Shown one piece after another: positions 9,104 to 19,252 of a stretch of DNA of 64,000 nt. The position numbers and the translations under genes are program-made. The DNA is from Promethearchaeota archaeon (lineage in GTDB: Archaea > Asgardarchaeota > Lokiarchaeia > Sigyniarchaeales > SOKP01). The stretch covers positions 32,001 to 96,000 of the forward strand of contig JAHPZJ010000010.1 in NCBI GenBank assembly GCA_019058245.1, given 5' to 3'. Below the pieces are notes generated by a model, which had not been told where the DNA came from, did not search any database, and was given only the letters and a program-made list of their open reading frames with translations. How positions within the stretch are numbered: position 1 is the first letter of the stretch; every line of letters begins with the position of its first letter.

Positions 9104-10726
9104 ATGGTTGGTAAAAACGATATTGCGGTTTCCGAAATGATGGAAAAAATTAGAGGATCCCTTATCCTCCCTGAGAGAGCATATTTTTTTGATACAACGC
9201 TCCGTGATGGGGAACAAACTCCAGGTATAAGTTTCACTCATAAAGAAAAGCTATCTATTGCTCAAGCTCTTAATGAGTTGGGAATTGATATCATAGAAGC
9301 GGGATTTCCTATTACATCTCAGGGAGATTTTGAAGCTTGTAGAGATATTGCGAAAATGGGTTTAGATTCTGAAGTGATGGGTTTAGCTAGAACAGCAAAG
9401 CCTGATATAGATAAAGTTATAGAGGCAGATATGGATAGTATACACCTATTTTGTGCCACTTCAGAATTGCATATGAGAGAAAAACTTCAATTAACTAGAG
9501 ATGAAGTCATAGAAAGAATAAGAGAAACCGTCTCATACGCTAAAGAACATTATTCTATTGTACTATTTTCAGCTGAGGATGCAACTAGATCAGATTTAGA
9601 TTTTTTAATTAAAGCTAACTTAACTGCTGTTGAGAGTGGGGCTACACGAATAAATATACCTGATACTGTAGGTACTATTTCTCCAGTAGCTTTTGGATAT
9701 ATTATACGGAAAAATTATGACGCCTTACCTAAAAATATTCGTATTGCGGCTCATTGTCATAATGATTTTGGTCTTGCTGTAGCAAATACTATTGCTGGGT
9801 TTGAAAATGGTGTTTCAGAAGCTCAAACAACAATTTTAGGCTTGGGTGAACGAGCAGGAAATGCATCTTTTGAAGAAACTTGTATGTCTCTTTATGCTCT
9901 ATATCAAATACCTATGAATATTAAAACAACAAAGATTTTTCCTACAGCTAAATTAGTAGAAAGTTTTTGTGGTGGGAAAGTCAGAATTGGTCGATTACAA
10001 CCCCTTATAGGGCAGAATGCATTTGCTCACGAAGCAGGTATTCACGCACACGCGATGCTACAACATGCGCGAACATATGAACCCATTACACCAGAATTAA
10101 TAGGAATTCACCGTACCGATGATGTGGAAGCAATTATAAAGCAATCAATAAAACTTGGAAAACACACAGGTGGTCATGCTCTTAAGGCTAAAATTAATGA
10201 CTTAGGTATTAGCCCTACTGATGAACAATTTACGAAAATAAGGCAACATGTAAAAAGTCTTGGTGATAAGGGGCATGAAGTTTCTGAAGAGGATTTTTTA
10301 GCAATTGTTAAAGATGTCATGGGGGAAATACCAAAAGAAGAACAATATGTTACTCTTGAAGAGTTAACTGTTTTGACTGGATCAGTTACACCTACATCAA
10401 CAGTTCGATTAAACATCAAAAATAATGGAGATATATTGCAAAAAGTAGCATCAGCAACGGGAGTAGGGCCTGTAGATGCCTCATGTAATGCAATTGTTAA
10501 ATGCTTTAAACCGATGAGTAAGATTGTACTTTTAAATTTTCAAATTGATGCTATTACTGGTGGAACTGAAGCATTAGGTCATGTTACCCTTGAAATCATG
10601 GATGTTGATAGTAATATAGTAGTCAAAGCTAGTGCGATTCATGAAGATATTGTTATGTGCTCTGTTCTATCTTTGATAAAAGGATTAAATCTAATTGTCA
10701 AGAAAAAGAGCATAACCTTAAATTAA
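9104..10726 (+). CDS. leuA: 2-isopropylmalate synthase (LeuA/CimA family)
   Basis: DTTLRDGEQ, HCHND and GLGERAGN motifs, a C-terminal regulatory domain (GVGPVDA), and first position in the leuCDB cluster. Confidence 0.85.
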   Translation: MVGKNDIAVSEMMEKIRGSLILPERAYFFDTTLRDGEQTPGISFTHKEKLSIAQALNELGIDIIEAGFPITSQGDFEACRDIAKMGLDSEVMGLARTAKPDIDKVIEADMDSIHLFCATSELHMREKLQLTRDEVIERIRETVSYAKEHYSIVLFSAEDATRSDLDFLIKANLTAVESGATRINIPDTVGTISPVAFGYIIRKNYDALPKNIRIAAHCHNDFGLAVANTIAGFENGVSEAQTTILGLGERAGNASFEETCMSLYALYQIPMNIKTTKIFPTAKLVESFCGGKVRIGRLQPLIGQNAFAHEAGIHAHAMLQHARTYEPITPELIGIHRTDDVEAIIKQSIKLGKHTGGHALKAKINDLGISPTDEQFTKIRQHVKSLGDKGHEVSEEDFLAIVKDVMGEIPKEEQYVTLEELTVLTGSVTPTSTVRLNIKNNGDILQKVASATGVGPVDASCNAIVKCFKPMSKIVLLNFQIDAITGGTEALGHVTLEIMDVDSNIVVKASAIHEDIVMCSVLSLIKGLNLIVKKKSITLN

Positions 10727-10760
10727 TTAAATTCAATAAAAAACACGAATTTTAGGAATT

Positions 10761-12032
10761 ATGGATTTAACAATTAGTGAAAAAATCATAAGAGATCATT
10801 GTGAGCAAAAGGATCTTTCTGCTGGAGATTTTGTTTTAGTAAAAATTGATAAATGTTTAGGTAATGATATAACTGCACCAAAAGCTATAGAAGTTTTCGA
10901 AGAAATTGTTGAGGGAACTGAAAGAAGTGTTTTTGATCCAAGTAAGATAATACTTACACCAGATCATTTTACACCAAATAAGGATATTGCTTCGGCAATA
11001 CAGTGCAAAATTTTAAAAGATTTTGCAAGGAAGTACCACATTCAACACTATTATGAAGTAGGAAAAGTAGGAATTGAACATTGTCTTCTTCCCGAACAAG
11101 GATTAATTGCTCCGAGTGAGTTAATTATCGGTGCTGATTCTCATACTTGTACATATGGGGCATTAGGTGCTTTTTCTACTGGTGTTGGCTCAACTGATCT
11201 AGGTGTGGCAATGGCTCTTGGAGAATGTTGGCTTCAAGTACCTGAAACCTTGAGATTCAAATATACAGGTCAGTTAAATAAATGGGTTTCAGGTAAAGAT
11301 TTAATCTTGTATACTATTGGTAAAATTGGAGTTGATGGGGCAACATATAAGGTTATGGAATTTACAGGTGAAATTATCAACAACCTTTCTATGGCAAACC
11401 GTTTTACTATGTGTAATATGGCTATAGAAGCAGGCGCAAAAACAGGGTTCATTTTTCCAGATAAGATTACTGAACAATATCTAAAAAGTGTAGGAATTTC
11501 TAAATTTAAAACCTATGAGAATAATAATACAAAATATCATGAAAGTATTGAGATTGATTGTAATACTATTGAACCTCAAATAGCTCTTCCACATTTACCA
11601 AGCAATACAAAACCAATATCTGAAGTACAGGATATGCATATTGAAATTGATCAAGCTGTAATTGGATCTTGTACCAATGGACGAATAGAAGATTTACGGA
11701 TAGCAGCAAAAATAATGAAAGACAACAAGATTCACCCTAGTGTAAGATGTATTATCATTCCAGGAACTCCTACCATTCAATTTGATGCTCTTAAAGAAGG
11801 ATTAATTGAAATTTTTCTTAAAGCTGGAGCGATTGTATCTCCACCCACATGCGGTCCATGTTTAGGAGGTCATATGGGAATCCTTGCTCCTGGTGAAAGA
11901 GCAATTTCAACAACAAATAGAAATTTTATGGGAAGGATGGGACATAAAGATAGTGAAGTCTATTTATCAAATCCAGCGATTGCAGCAACTTCTGCCTTAA
12001 AAGGTTTTATTGCATCTCCAGAAAGTATGTAA
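10761..12032 (+). CDS. leuC: 3-isopropylmalate dehydratase large subunit
   Basis: GADSHTCTYG, IGSCTNGR, CGPCLG and STTNRNF motifs. Confidence 0.92.
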   Translation: MDLTISEKIIRDHCEQKDLSAGDFVLVKIDKCLGNDITAPKAIEVFEEIVEGTERSVFDPSKIILTPDHFTPNKDIASAIQCKILKDFARKYHIQHYYEVGKVGIEHCLLPEQGLIAPSELIIGADSHTCTYGALGAFSTGVGSTDLGVAMALGECWLQVPETLRFKYTGQLNKWVSGKDLILYTIGKIGVDGATYKVMEFTGEIINNLSMANRFTMCNMAIEAGAKTGFIFPDKITEQYLKSVGISKFKTYENNNTKYHESIEIDCNTIEPQIALPHLPSNTKPISEVQDMHIEIDQAVIGSCTNGRIEDLRIAAKIMKDNKIHPSVRCIIIPGTPTIQFDALKEGLIEIFLKAGAIVSPPTCGPCLGGHMGILAPGERAISTTNRNFMGRMGHKDSEVYLSNPAIAATSALKGFIASPESM

Positions 12033-12050
12033 AAGAATATAATTTAGAAG

Positions 12051-12569
12051 GTGAAAAAAATGAAAGGTAAAGTAATTAAATATCCTCAAGAGAATATTAA
12101 TACTGATTTGATAATTCCTGCTCGATACTTAGTAGATATAAATCCTCAATTTTTAGCGGAGCACTGTATGGAAGATTTAGATATGGAATTTCATAAGAAT
12201 AAAAATAATCTTCAAGCAACAATTCTCGTCTCAGGTTCTAATTTCGGTTGCGGATCAAGCCGAGAACAAGCACCAATAGCCTTGAAAGCTACGGGAATAG
12301 AATTAATAATCGCTCCCAGTTTTGCACGTATATTTTTCAGAAATGCTATTAATATTGGTCTTCCAATTCTTCAATTTTCTGATATTGATGCTTTTAATAG
12401 TGGAGATCTGCTAGATATTGATTTTGGAAAAGGAGTTATAGAAAATATAACTACTAGTAAATCATATTCTTTTAGCAAATTTCCAGCTTTTTTACAGAAA
12501 ATAATTAAAGTTCACGGCTTAATAAATTTTGCAAGAGAACAAATTGCTAATTCAGAAGAGGGATCATAA
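12051..12569 (+). CDS. leuD: 3-isopropylmalate dehydratase small subunit
   Basis: NINTDLIIP, NFGCGSSREQA and SFARIFFRNAINIG motifs. The true start is probably ATG 12060 because the called GTG lies inside the RBS. Confidence 0.92.
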   Translation: MKKMKGKVIKYPQENINTDLIIPARYLVDINPQFLAEHCMEDLDMEFHKNKNNLQATILVSGSNFGCGSSREQAPIALKATGIELIIAPSFARIFFRNAINIGLPILQFSDIDAFNSGDLLDIDFGKGVIENITTSKSYSFSKFPAFLQKIIKVHGLINFAREQIANSEEGS

Positions 12570-13633
12570 TGAAAAAAATAATTGCAGTCACTCATGGTGA
12601 TGGATGTGGATTAGAAGTAGTAGAAGAAGGGATAAAGATTCTAAAAGCTATTTCTGAATATAGTGATTTTGATTTTGAATTTATAAACGCTCCAGCTGGA
12701 GGTAAAGTTTGGAAAGATTGTGGTGAAAGTCTTCCAGAGAAAACATTTGAAATTATTAAGAATTCTGATGCTTTATTATTTGGTGCTATTGGGCTTCCTG
12801 ATTTACCCCCTGGAATTGCTGAAACTGCAATCTTAAAGATAAGACAAGATTTAGATCTATACGTGAATATGAGGCCAATTAAGTTATATAATCCTCTACG
12901 TGATAGATGCCCACTTAGAGATGAATTTATAGGAAAAGGTATTGATTTCACTATTATTAGAGAAAATACAGAGGGAATATATAAAGGAATAGGAGAAATA
13001 TCAGATGAGAGGGCTGAAAGTGTGATGCTTTATACTAAAAAAGGGTGTGAAAGAATTATGCGATATGCTTGTGAATTTGCAAAAAAGAATGGTCATAAAA
13101 AAATTACATCTGTAGATAAAGCAAATGTTATAAAAGCAAGTCAATTTTGGCGCAATATCTTTCATAAAATTGGGGAAGATTATCCCGATTTAGAGAAAGA
13201 GGATGTCTATATTGATGCTTTTTGTCAATGGTTAATTCGTGCTCCTTATTCTTACGAAACAGTAGTTACAGGCAATATGTTTGGTGATATTACTAGTGAT
13301 GAAGGTGCTTTTCTGATTGGTAGTTTAGGAATGGCCGCCAGTGGAAACATAAATCCAGGAAATGTTTCAATGTATGAACCAATACATGGTTCGGCTCCTG
13401 ATATTGCTGGAAAAAATATAGCTAATCCAATAGGTACTATTTTAAGTATAAAATTGATGATGCAGGAATCGTTTAATTCGCCAGAAATAGGATTTTTAAT
13501 TGAAAAATCTGTAGAAGAAGCCCTTAACGAAGGAAGAACCATAGATATTGAGAATAAAGCTTTTAAGACTCTAACTACGAGAGAAATGGGGGATCTAATA
13601 GTAAAAAAGTTGATAAACTTGCTTAAAAAGTAG
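12569..13633 (+). CDS. leuB: 3-isopropylmalate dehydrogenase
   Basis: IRENTEG, VDKANV, NMFGDITSD and YEPIHGSAPDIAG motifs. Confidence 0.9.
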   Translation: MKKIIAVTHGDGCGLEVVEEGIKILKAISEYSDFDFEFINAPAGGKVWKDCGESLPEKTFEIIKNSDALLFGAIGLPDLPPGIAETAILKIRQDLDLYVNMRPIKLYNPLRDRCPLRDEFIGKGIDFTIIRENTEGIYKGIGEISDERAESVMLYTKKGCERIMRYACEFAKKNGHKKITSVDKANVIKASQFWRNIFHKIGEDYPDLEKEDVYIDAFCQWLIRAPYSYETVVTGNMFGDITSDEGAFLIGSLGMAASGNINPGNVSMYEPIHGSAPDIAGKNIANPIGTILSIKLMMQESFNSPEIGFLIEKSVEEALNEGRTIDIENKAFKTLTTREMGDLIVKKLINLLKK

Positions 13634-13660
13634 TTTTTTATTTAATTTTAATCTTTTTTT

Positions 13661-14083
13661 CTAAGAATTATTATTATTTTTATCTAACAACTCATTTTTA
13701 AATTTCTTAATTTCCTTAGCTAAATTTGAGTTCAAACCGGGGTGATCTTCTACGGGAAGATCAATTCCCATTATTGGTGCTAAGATCTCTCCTTTCTCGT
13801 TAATTACATCATAATCTTTTAAAATTTTTTTTTTTGTTTCTATTTTTTCATCATTAGATATCCAAAGCATCCCTTTAGGACAATTAATTAAGATCTTTGT
13901 GACTAAATGTATTTGTTTCATACAATTTGGACATTCATAATAGTATTTATCATCAAGAAATTTTTGAATTAACTCTGGATTTAACCACGTATTAATTGAT
14001 GCTTCCCAGATAACCCGAAACGAGTATTTACAGTGAGGACAAATTATTTCAGTACTAGTTAAATGTGTCATAATTCTTTTCAA
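13661..14083 (-). CDS. CpXC-type zinc-binding protein
   Basis: CPHC...SINT...CPNC pattern. Confidence 0.6.
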   Translation of the reverse strand: MKRIMTHLTSTEIICPHCKYSFRVIWEASINTWLNPELIQKFLDDKYYYECPNCMKQIHLVTKILINCPKGMLWISNDEKIETKKKILKDYDVINEKGEILAPIMGIDLPVEDHPGLNSNLAKEIKKFKNELLDKNNNNS

Positions 14084-14164
14084 TCTATTTAAAGAATTTA
14101 TATGTTAATTAAATTCCATCTTTTTTTTGTTGTTTATGATCCATAACATGAGTGTCACCATATT

Positions 14165-15382
14165 GTGACAATATTTAAATATTATCGTTTTTATTTTAAC
14201 TATAAATTAATATTAAAAAAAAGAGGTGGTTTTAAAATTTCAGTCAACGGGGATTTTAAAAATAATAGACCCATTGTTATAGATAATGGGACTGGTATAT
14301 CAAAAAATGGATTTGGAGGAGAAGATCAGCCACGCTCGGTTTTTCCAACTGTCATTGGTAAACCAAAGTATGGAAACATCATGCCTGATGTAAAGAATTA
14401 CAGCCGAGAATGGTATGTTGGGGAAGAAGCAATGGAATTAAAAGGGATCATGAATCTACAATTTCCTATTGAACATGGAGTTGTTGAAGATTGGCCAGCA
14501 ATGGAAAGGATATACCATTATACATTCTATACAGATTTAAGAATAGATCCTTCAGAATTTCCTGTATTGTTAACAGAAGCTCCATTGAATCCTAGATCAA
14601 ATAGAGAAAAAATGGCAGAAATAATGTTCGAAACATTCAATGTTCCTGCTCTTTATATCGCAACACAAGCAGTTTTATCACTATACGCTTCTGGTCGAAC
14701 TACTGGGTGTGTAGTAGATATAGGGGATGGAGTTGCACATATTGTGCCAATTTTTGAGGGTTTTGCTCTAAGTCATGCGATACAGAGAATAGATCTAGCG
14801 GGAAGAGATGTTACAACATATTTACAGAGATTATTACGTCAAAATGGATATTCATTTTATACATCAGCAGAGAAACAGATTGTTAGAGATATTAAGGAAA
14901 AATTATGCTATGTTGCTCTTGATCCTGAAAAAGAGATTATGCTCTCAAATAAAGTATCAGGGATGGCAAAAAATTATATGCTTCCAGATGGAGAGACTAT
15001 TACAATTGGACTTGAAAGATTCCTAGCTCCAGAAAGTCTATTCAATCCTTCTGTAGTAGGAAAGGAATTGCCTCCTTTAGATGAAGTAATCGTTGGTGCG
15101 ATTTCTGATTGTGATGTTGATCTTCGAAGAGATTTATATAGTAATATTGTACTCTCAGGTGGTTCCACCATGTTTCCGGGTATTAAAGAGAGATTAACTA
15201 GAGAGTTAAAAGAACAACTTCCTGAATCCATTGATGTAAAGATTATAGCACCGCCAGAAAGAATGTATTCTGTATGGATTGGTGGATCTATTTTGAGTTC
15301 CTTAAAGACTTTTAGTAGAATGTGGGTAAGTCGAAGAGATTACAAGGAAATGGGACCTCAAGTTATCCATCGATGTTTTTAA
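14165..15382 (+). CDS. Actin / actin-related protein (Asgard type)
   Basis: [80 protein letters not shown] and C-terminal IHRCF. The real start is probably downstream of 14165 (ATT at 14237 after GAGGTGG). Confidence 0.95.
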   Translation: MTIFKYYRFYFNYKLILKKRGGFKISVNGDFKNNRPIVIDNGTGISKNGFGGEDQPRSVFPTVIGKPKYGNIMPDVKNYSREWYVGEEAMELKGIMNLQFPIEHGVVEDWPAMERIYHYTFYTDLRIDPSEFPVLLTEAPLNPRSNREKMAEIMFETFNVPALYIATQAVLSLYASGRTTGCVVDIGDGVAHIVPIFEGFALSHAIQRIDLAGRDVTTYLQRLLRQNGYSFYTSAEKQIVRDIKEKLCYVALDPEKEIMLSNKVSGMAKNYMLPDGETITIGLERFLAPESLFNPSVVGKELPPLDEVIVGAISDCDVDLRRDLYSNIVLSGGSTMFPGIKERLTRELKEQLPESIDVKIIAPPERMYSVWIGGSILSSLKTFSRMWVSRRDYKEMGPQVIHRCF

Positions 15383-15616
15383 ATGGCTTTATTTAAAATA
15401 AATTATAAAGTGACAATAATTGTGAGAATTAAAATAATTGATGGAATAGCTTGTATTGAACTAGATGATGGAATAATTTTATCTACAAAGGATTTAAAAA
15501 GTGAATTCAAGAAATTGATTATGCCAGACAATTTCACTGATATTCAGGAATCTAAAGAAAGCAAATATTATAATAAGGTTTTGGAAGAAATTAAAAAGAA
15601 ATTTGGAGAAAAATAA
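15383..15616 (+). CDS. Small hypothetical protein
   Basis: Begins immediately after the actin stop; no recognisable motif. Confidence 0.5.
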   Translation: MALFKINYKVTIIVRIKIIDGIACIELDDGIILSTKDLKSEFKKLIMPDNFTDIQESKESKYYNKVLEEIKKKFGEK

Positions 15617-15673
15617 ATAATTATAATTTTTTTTTATTAAAATAAAGATTAGTCAAGGAGAGGATTCAATAAT

Positions 15674-16912
15674 ATGGAAAAAATGACACAAGCTCTAAAT
15701 GAATTAATAAAGTCAGAATCAAAGACTATTGCTGCCACAATCATTAAAGGTGAAAATGATATTGAGTATTCAACAGAGAATTGGGATATTAGCAATGATA
15801 TTGATGAGATTAATTTAGCTTGGGAATCAGAAGAATATAAAACACTTATTATTTCTAATATTAAATATGTAATTATCCAGCGTACTCCTGAAAGACTTGT
15901 TGGAATTGATCCTTCTAATAAAGGAGGAATTTTAGGCTTTAAAGATGAAGAGAGAAAAGTAATATGTAAGATTGCTCCTGATGGATTAAAGCGATTAGGG
16001 ATGATGGAAGTTTCTCGTATTTTAGGTAAGCTCAGTTCAAAAAAACCATATATTGATTTCGATACCCAATTAGGTAAAGTAGAAGAATTGAAATGGGCAA
16101 CTCCAAGAATTCTTCTTGATGATACAAATAATTTGCAGGAACTAGGATTACTAAAATTTGGATTAAGTATTGAAGAAGCTAAAGTATATTTGACATTGTT
16201 AAAGAGAGGTAAAGAGGGAGCAAAAGTTGGTGAATTAAATGAAGATCTCTCCATTAAAAGAACAACGATCTATCGTATAATTGATCGTTTAATCAGTAAG
16301 AGTTGGGTTATAAAATTACCATTGATGCCCAAAAGTGCGCAAAATTTTATAGCAAGACCCCTAAACGATATTCTCGATGAGAGAATTCAGAAAAAGGAAG
16401 AAGAATTAAAGATTCTAAAGAGTTTTCGCTATATCATGGGTGAGATACTAGAGAATGGATGGATAGATATCTCAGAAATTAAAAAAGATTTTCAATTATA
16501 TAGTAAAAAGGCTTTTGATTTTAACACTCTTGGAATTATGGGGGAGGAAAAGGATTGTGGTCTTATAATCTTTGAATACAATAAAAAAATAAAAGAAGAA
16601 GTAATAATTAAAGCGGCCCTACAACTATCATCCGAAAAAATGAGAGAACCAATACAACCCGATCTTGATAAAAAAAAATTTACAATCCCCGATCTTGAAG
16701 ATATAAAAATAGAAGATACCAAAATTCAAGATTATTTTGGCATGACAATGTATTTCAAATTTAAAGAAGGAACTGAAACGGGAAATAATGTTGGGTTGGG
16801 TTGGATAGTAGCAGCTAGGCATGTAGCTGTTCCTATTAAGAATAAGATCTATGTTGTTTGGGGATCCGAAGAACAATTTCCAATTTTATTAAGTATTATT
16901 TTAAAATTATAA
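15674..16912 (+). CDS. Profilin-like domain fused to TrmB-type winged HTH and a C-terminal domain of unknown function
   Basis: The N-terminal ~120 aa (YSTENWDISND, ISNIKYVIIQRTPERLVG..NKGGI) resembles Loki profilins as I recall them. Residues ~155-220 (FGLSIEEAKVYLTLL...RTTIYRIIDRLISKSWV) match a TrmB HTH. A strong GGAGAGG RBS precedes the ATG. Confidence 0.75.
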   Translation: MEKMTQALNELIKSESKTIAATIIKGENDIEYSTENWDISNDIDEINLAWESEEYKTLIISNIKYVIIQRTPERLVGIDPSNKGGILGFKDEERKVICKIAPDGLKRLGMMEVSRILGKLSSKKPYIDFDTQLGKVEELKWATPRILLDDTNNLQELGLLKFGLSIEEAKVYLTLLKRGKEGAKVGELNEDLSIKRTTIYRIIDRLISKSWVIKLPLMPKSAQNFIARPLNDILDERIQKKEEELKILKSFRYIMGEILENGWIDISEIKKDFQLYSKKAFDFNTLGIMGEEKDCGLIIFEYNKKIKEEVIIKAALQLSSEKMREPIQPDLDKKKFTIPDLEDIKIEDTKIQDYFGMTMYFKFKEGTETGNNVGLGWIVAARHVAVPIKNKIYVVWGSEEQFPILLSIILKL

Positions 16913-16922
16913 GATTTTTACA

Positions 16923-17471
16923 ATGACAGCACAAATTCCAGATGAGTTTATTTTGAATGGTGAATCTTTTTCGTTGGTAGGATTAAAGGGTAAAGGGTTA
17001 GTAGAACCTGAGGATTTAGGGATATCACCATATTCCAGTTGCACTGCTTGTTGGCGAGGGTATGTTATGAAATATAATTTTACGAAAAACAAATTAATCC
17101 TTGATGAATTACAGGTTAATGTTGATGATCCTCCAAAAATCAATGGTGTTGAAGCTCAGCAAGAGAGTTCTTTATTTAAATATCATTATAAGAATTTGAA
17201 GCTTCAAACAAACTTTACTGGGAGTATTCTTCTTGCAAAAGACTTTATACAATCTATGTATGTCCATATGGGATTTCAGAGACCCATGGCTTTTAAGACA
17301 GTTGTTGAAATAGATATAAAGAATGGAGAAATCATCTCATTAAAAGATCTGTCTAAAAAGATGGAAAATTTAAGGAAAAAAGATCTATATAAAGGAGCAC
17401 AACCTCAATCTGACTCAAAGAGAGACATTGAAGAATGGGTTAAGCAAACCTTTTCCCTTGATTATGATTGA
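16923..17471 (+). CDS. Conserved hypothetical protein (MTAQIPD...STACWRGY type)
   Basis: Clean 182-aa ORF in operon arrangement; carries a CTACWRGY motif. Confidence 0.65.
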   Translation: MTAQIPDEFILNGESFSLVGLKGKGLVEPEDLGISPYSSCTACWRGYVMKYNFTKNKLILDELQVNVDDPPKINGVEAQQESSLFKYHYKNLKLQTNFTGSILLAKDFIQSMYVHMGFQRPMAFKTVVEIDIKNGEIISLKDLSKKMENLRKKDLYKGAQPQSDSKRDIEEWVKQTFSLDYD

Positions 17472-17579
17472 TAATAAGAAAAATTTTAATCTTAAAACTG
17501 ATAAGTATTTTTATTATATTTTTCACAATTCTTTTTTAATTTAGAAATTTACAAATACTTTTTTTCATAAGTATATGAA

Positions 17580-18140
17580 GTGGAAATTCTCATGGAAGAA
17601 TGGATAAATTCAAAGGGAGAAAGTATACTTAGAGATTATGGGATAAAAAGTGGACAAAACATATTAGATTTTGGATGTGGTTCAGGTGTATATTCTATAA
17701 TTGCTTCAAAAATTGTTGGAGATAAAGGTAAAATTTATGCTCTTGATTACGATGAGAATCCTTTGGAGGAATTATCTGATAAAATTAAAAATCAAAATAT
17801 TTCTAATATTGAAATCATAAAAACTTCTAAAGAGATATCAGTTCCTTTGAATTCTAATTCTATTGATGTAGTATTAATGTACGATGTTTACCATTTACTT
17901 GATAAGGATGAACGAGTTAATTTATTGAATGAAATATATAGGATTTTAAAAATTAACTATGTTATTCTATCTTATTTTGCTATTCATATAGGGTCTTATG
18001 GAATACAATTAAATAAAGTTCAAATATTAATAAAAAAGACTGGTTTTGAATTAATTGAGCAATTTAAACGTCCGATGTTTCATTGGAGCTGGATTGAAGA
18101 AGCAATTGTTTTAAATTATAGAAAAGTAGAAAAAAAATGA
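17580..18140 (+). CDS. Class I SAM-dependent methyltransferase
   Basis: ILDFGCGSG motif I. Confidence 0.85.
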   Translation: MEILMEEWINSKGESILRDYGIKSGQNILDFGCGSGVYSIIASKIVGDKGKIYALDYDENPLEELSDKIKNQNISNIEIIKTSKEISVPLNSNSIDVVLMYDVYHLLDKDERVNLLNEIYRILKINYVILSYFAIHIGSYGIQLNKVQILIKKTGFELIEQFKRPMFHWSWIEEAIVLNYRKVEKK

Positions 18141-18198
18141 TTTGGCATTCCCACAGTAAATATCTCGATTAAAGGGAATTTCTCAAATTTTGCATTTT

Positions 18199-18729
18199 TT
18201 AAATTTTAATAAAATTGTATTGTTTATCATTACTATAAGCTAATTTAAAGAGTCCTTTGGAAGTAATTAAATCAATTATTTGATCTTCATTATAATGATG
18301 GTCATCAAGACTGAGTATCGAATTTGGCTTTAGAATTCTATAGAATTCTTTTATAATGTTATTTTTATTAGAGATTCCATGAAGTACATCAAAACAAATT
18401 ATTCGATCAATACTCTCATCATCCAATTTGGTATCACAATCTGTCTGAATTGTTTCAATAATGTTATAACCCATTTTTTTTGCTTTCTTTCTCACCTTTT
18501 TCAATGCTAATGGATGAATATCTGCTGCGATAAGTTTTCCCGTTGTCCCTATTTTTTCAGCAGCAGCTAGGGAATAACTTCCTGGACCACATCCATAATC
18601 TAATACTGTTTCTCCTTGTCTAATATCAGCATTTTTAATTTTTATTATAGGATTATGAAATATATCTCGAATTTTAAAGAAAAAGGACATACACTTGAAA
18701 TCTAAATTTGATTGTTTTTTATTCTTCAT
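18199..18729 (-). CDS. Class I SAM-dependent methyltransferase
   Basis: VLDYGCGPG motif I; overlaps the end of the upstream AbrB-like gene. Confidence 0.85.
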   Translation of the reverse strand: MKNKKQSNLDFKCMSFFFKIRDIFHNPIIKIKNADIRQGETVLDYGCGPGSYSLAAAEKIGTTGKLIAADIHPLALKKVRKKAKKMGYNIIETIQTDCDTKLDDESIDRIICFDVLHGISNKNNIIKEFYRILKPNSILSLDDHHYNEDQIIDLITSKGLFKLAYSNDKQYNFIKI

Positions 18730-19177
18730 TATTTAAATCACCTTTATCATTTTCCTGAATTTCCCCTAAACCACTTCCAAATCCTTGAAATAGTTTTGAA
18801 GCAAAATTTTTCAATCTTGTGGCTTTCATTAGACCAAGTCCTTTATTAAGATCCCCAAATACGAGGATTAAATCTCCAGGATTTATTCTAAAAGACTCCC
18901 GAGCGTCTTGTGGAATTACAATCTGCCCTCTTTCGCCCACTTTAGCAGTGCCAAAATAGTATTCATGCTTTTCAATTTCATTTTTATCGATTTCCAAAAT
19001 TTTTGTAAGACCTAATCCTTTATTTAATTCTCCAAATATATGTATGTCATCTTTAGCATTTATCCCAAAAATCTCTCTTGCTTTAAGAGGTATAACAATT
19101 TGGCCACGTTCACCAACCTTTACTGAACCAAAAAAGTAGTTTCCTTTTTTACCGGGAAATTCAGTTATTTTAATCAC
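18719..19177 (-). CDS. Tandem AbrB/MazE/SpoVT-domain DNA-binding protein
   Basis: Two internal repeats of FG(S/T)(V/A)KVGERGQIVIP..ARE.F.I. Confidence 0.85.
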   Translation of the reverse strand: MIKITEFPGKKGNYFFGSVKVGERGQIVIPLKAREIFGINAKDDIHIFGELNKGLGLTKILEIDKNEIEKHEYYFGTAKVGERGQIVIPQDARESFRINPGDLILVFGDLNKGLGLMKATRLKNFASKLFQGFGSGLGEIQENDKGDLNNEE

Positions 19178-19186
19178 CTTTTATAA

Positions 19187-19229
19187 ATCATATTGATATG
19201 ATCATATTCGTATGATCATACGAATCATA
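19187..19229. promoter_or_regulatory. Palindromic operator array upstream of the AbrB-like gene
   Basis: Perfect 20-bp palindrome ATTCGTATGATCATACGAAT (19206-19225), an overlapping ATATGATCATAT (19196-19207), and four ATCATA copies. Confidence 0.65.
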
Positions 19230-19252
19230 CTATTTAAAAGTTTTGCTTTTTT

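Noticed and set aside
15649-16254. 201-aa minus-strand ORF, and the many other 60-140 aa ORFs antisense to or nested in long genes (e.g. 12592-12951, 24376-24789, 44410-44715)
   Set aside because: They lie wholly opposite or inside well-supported genes and have the Ser/Ile/Phe-rich composition typical of shadow frames, with no motifs.
17460-17480. Other TGA-terminated genes as possible selenoproteins (e.g. 16923-17471)
   Set aside because: The TGA is followed directly by TAA or by non-coding AT-rich sequence, and I saw no SECIS-like element downstream.
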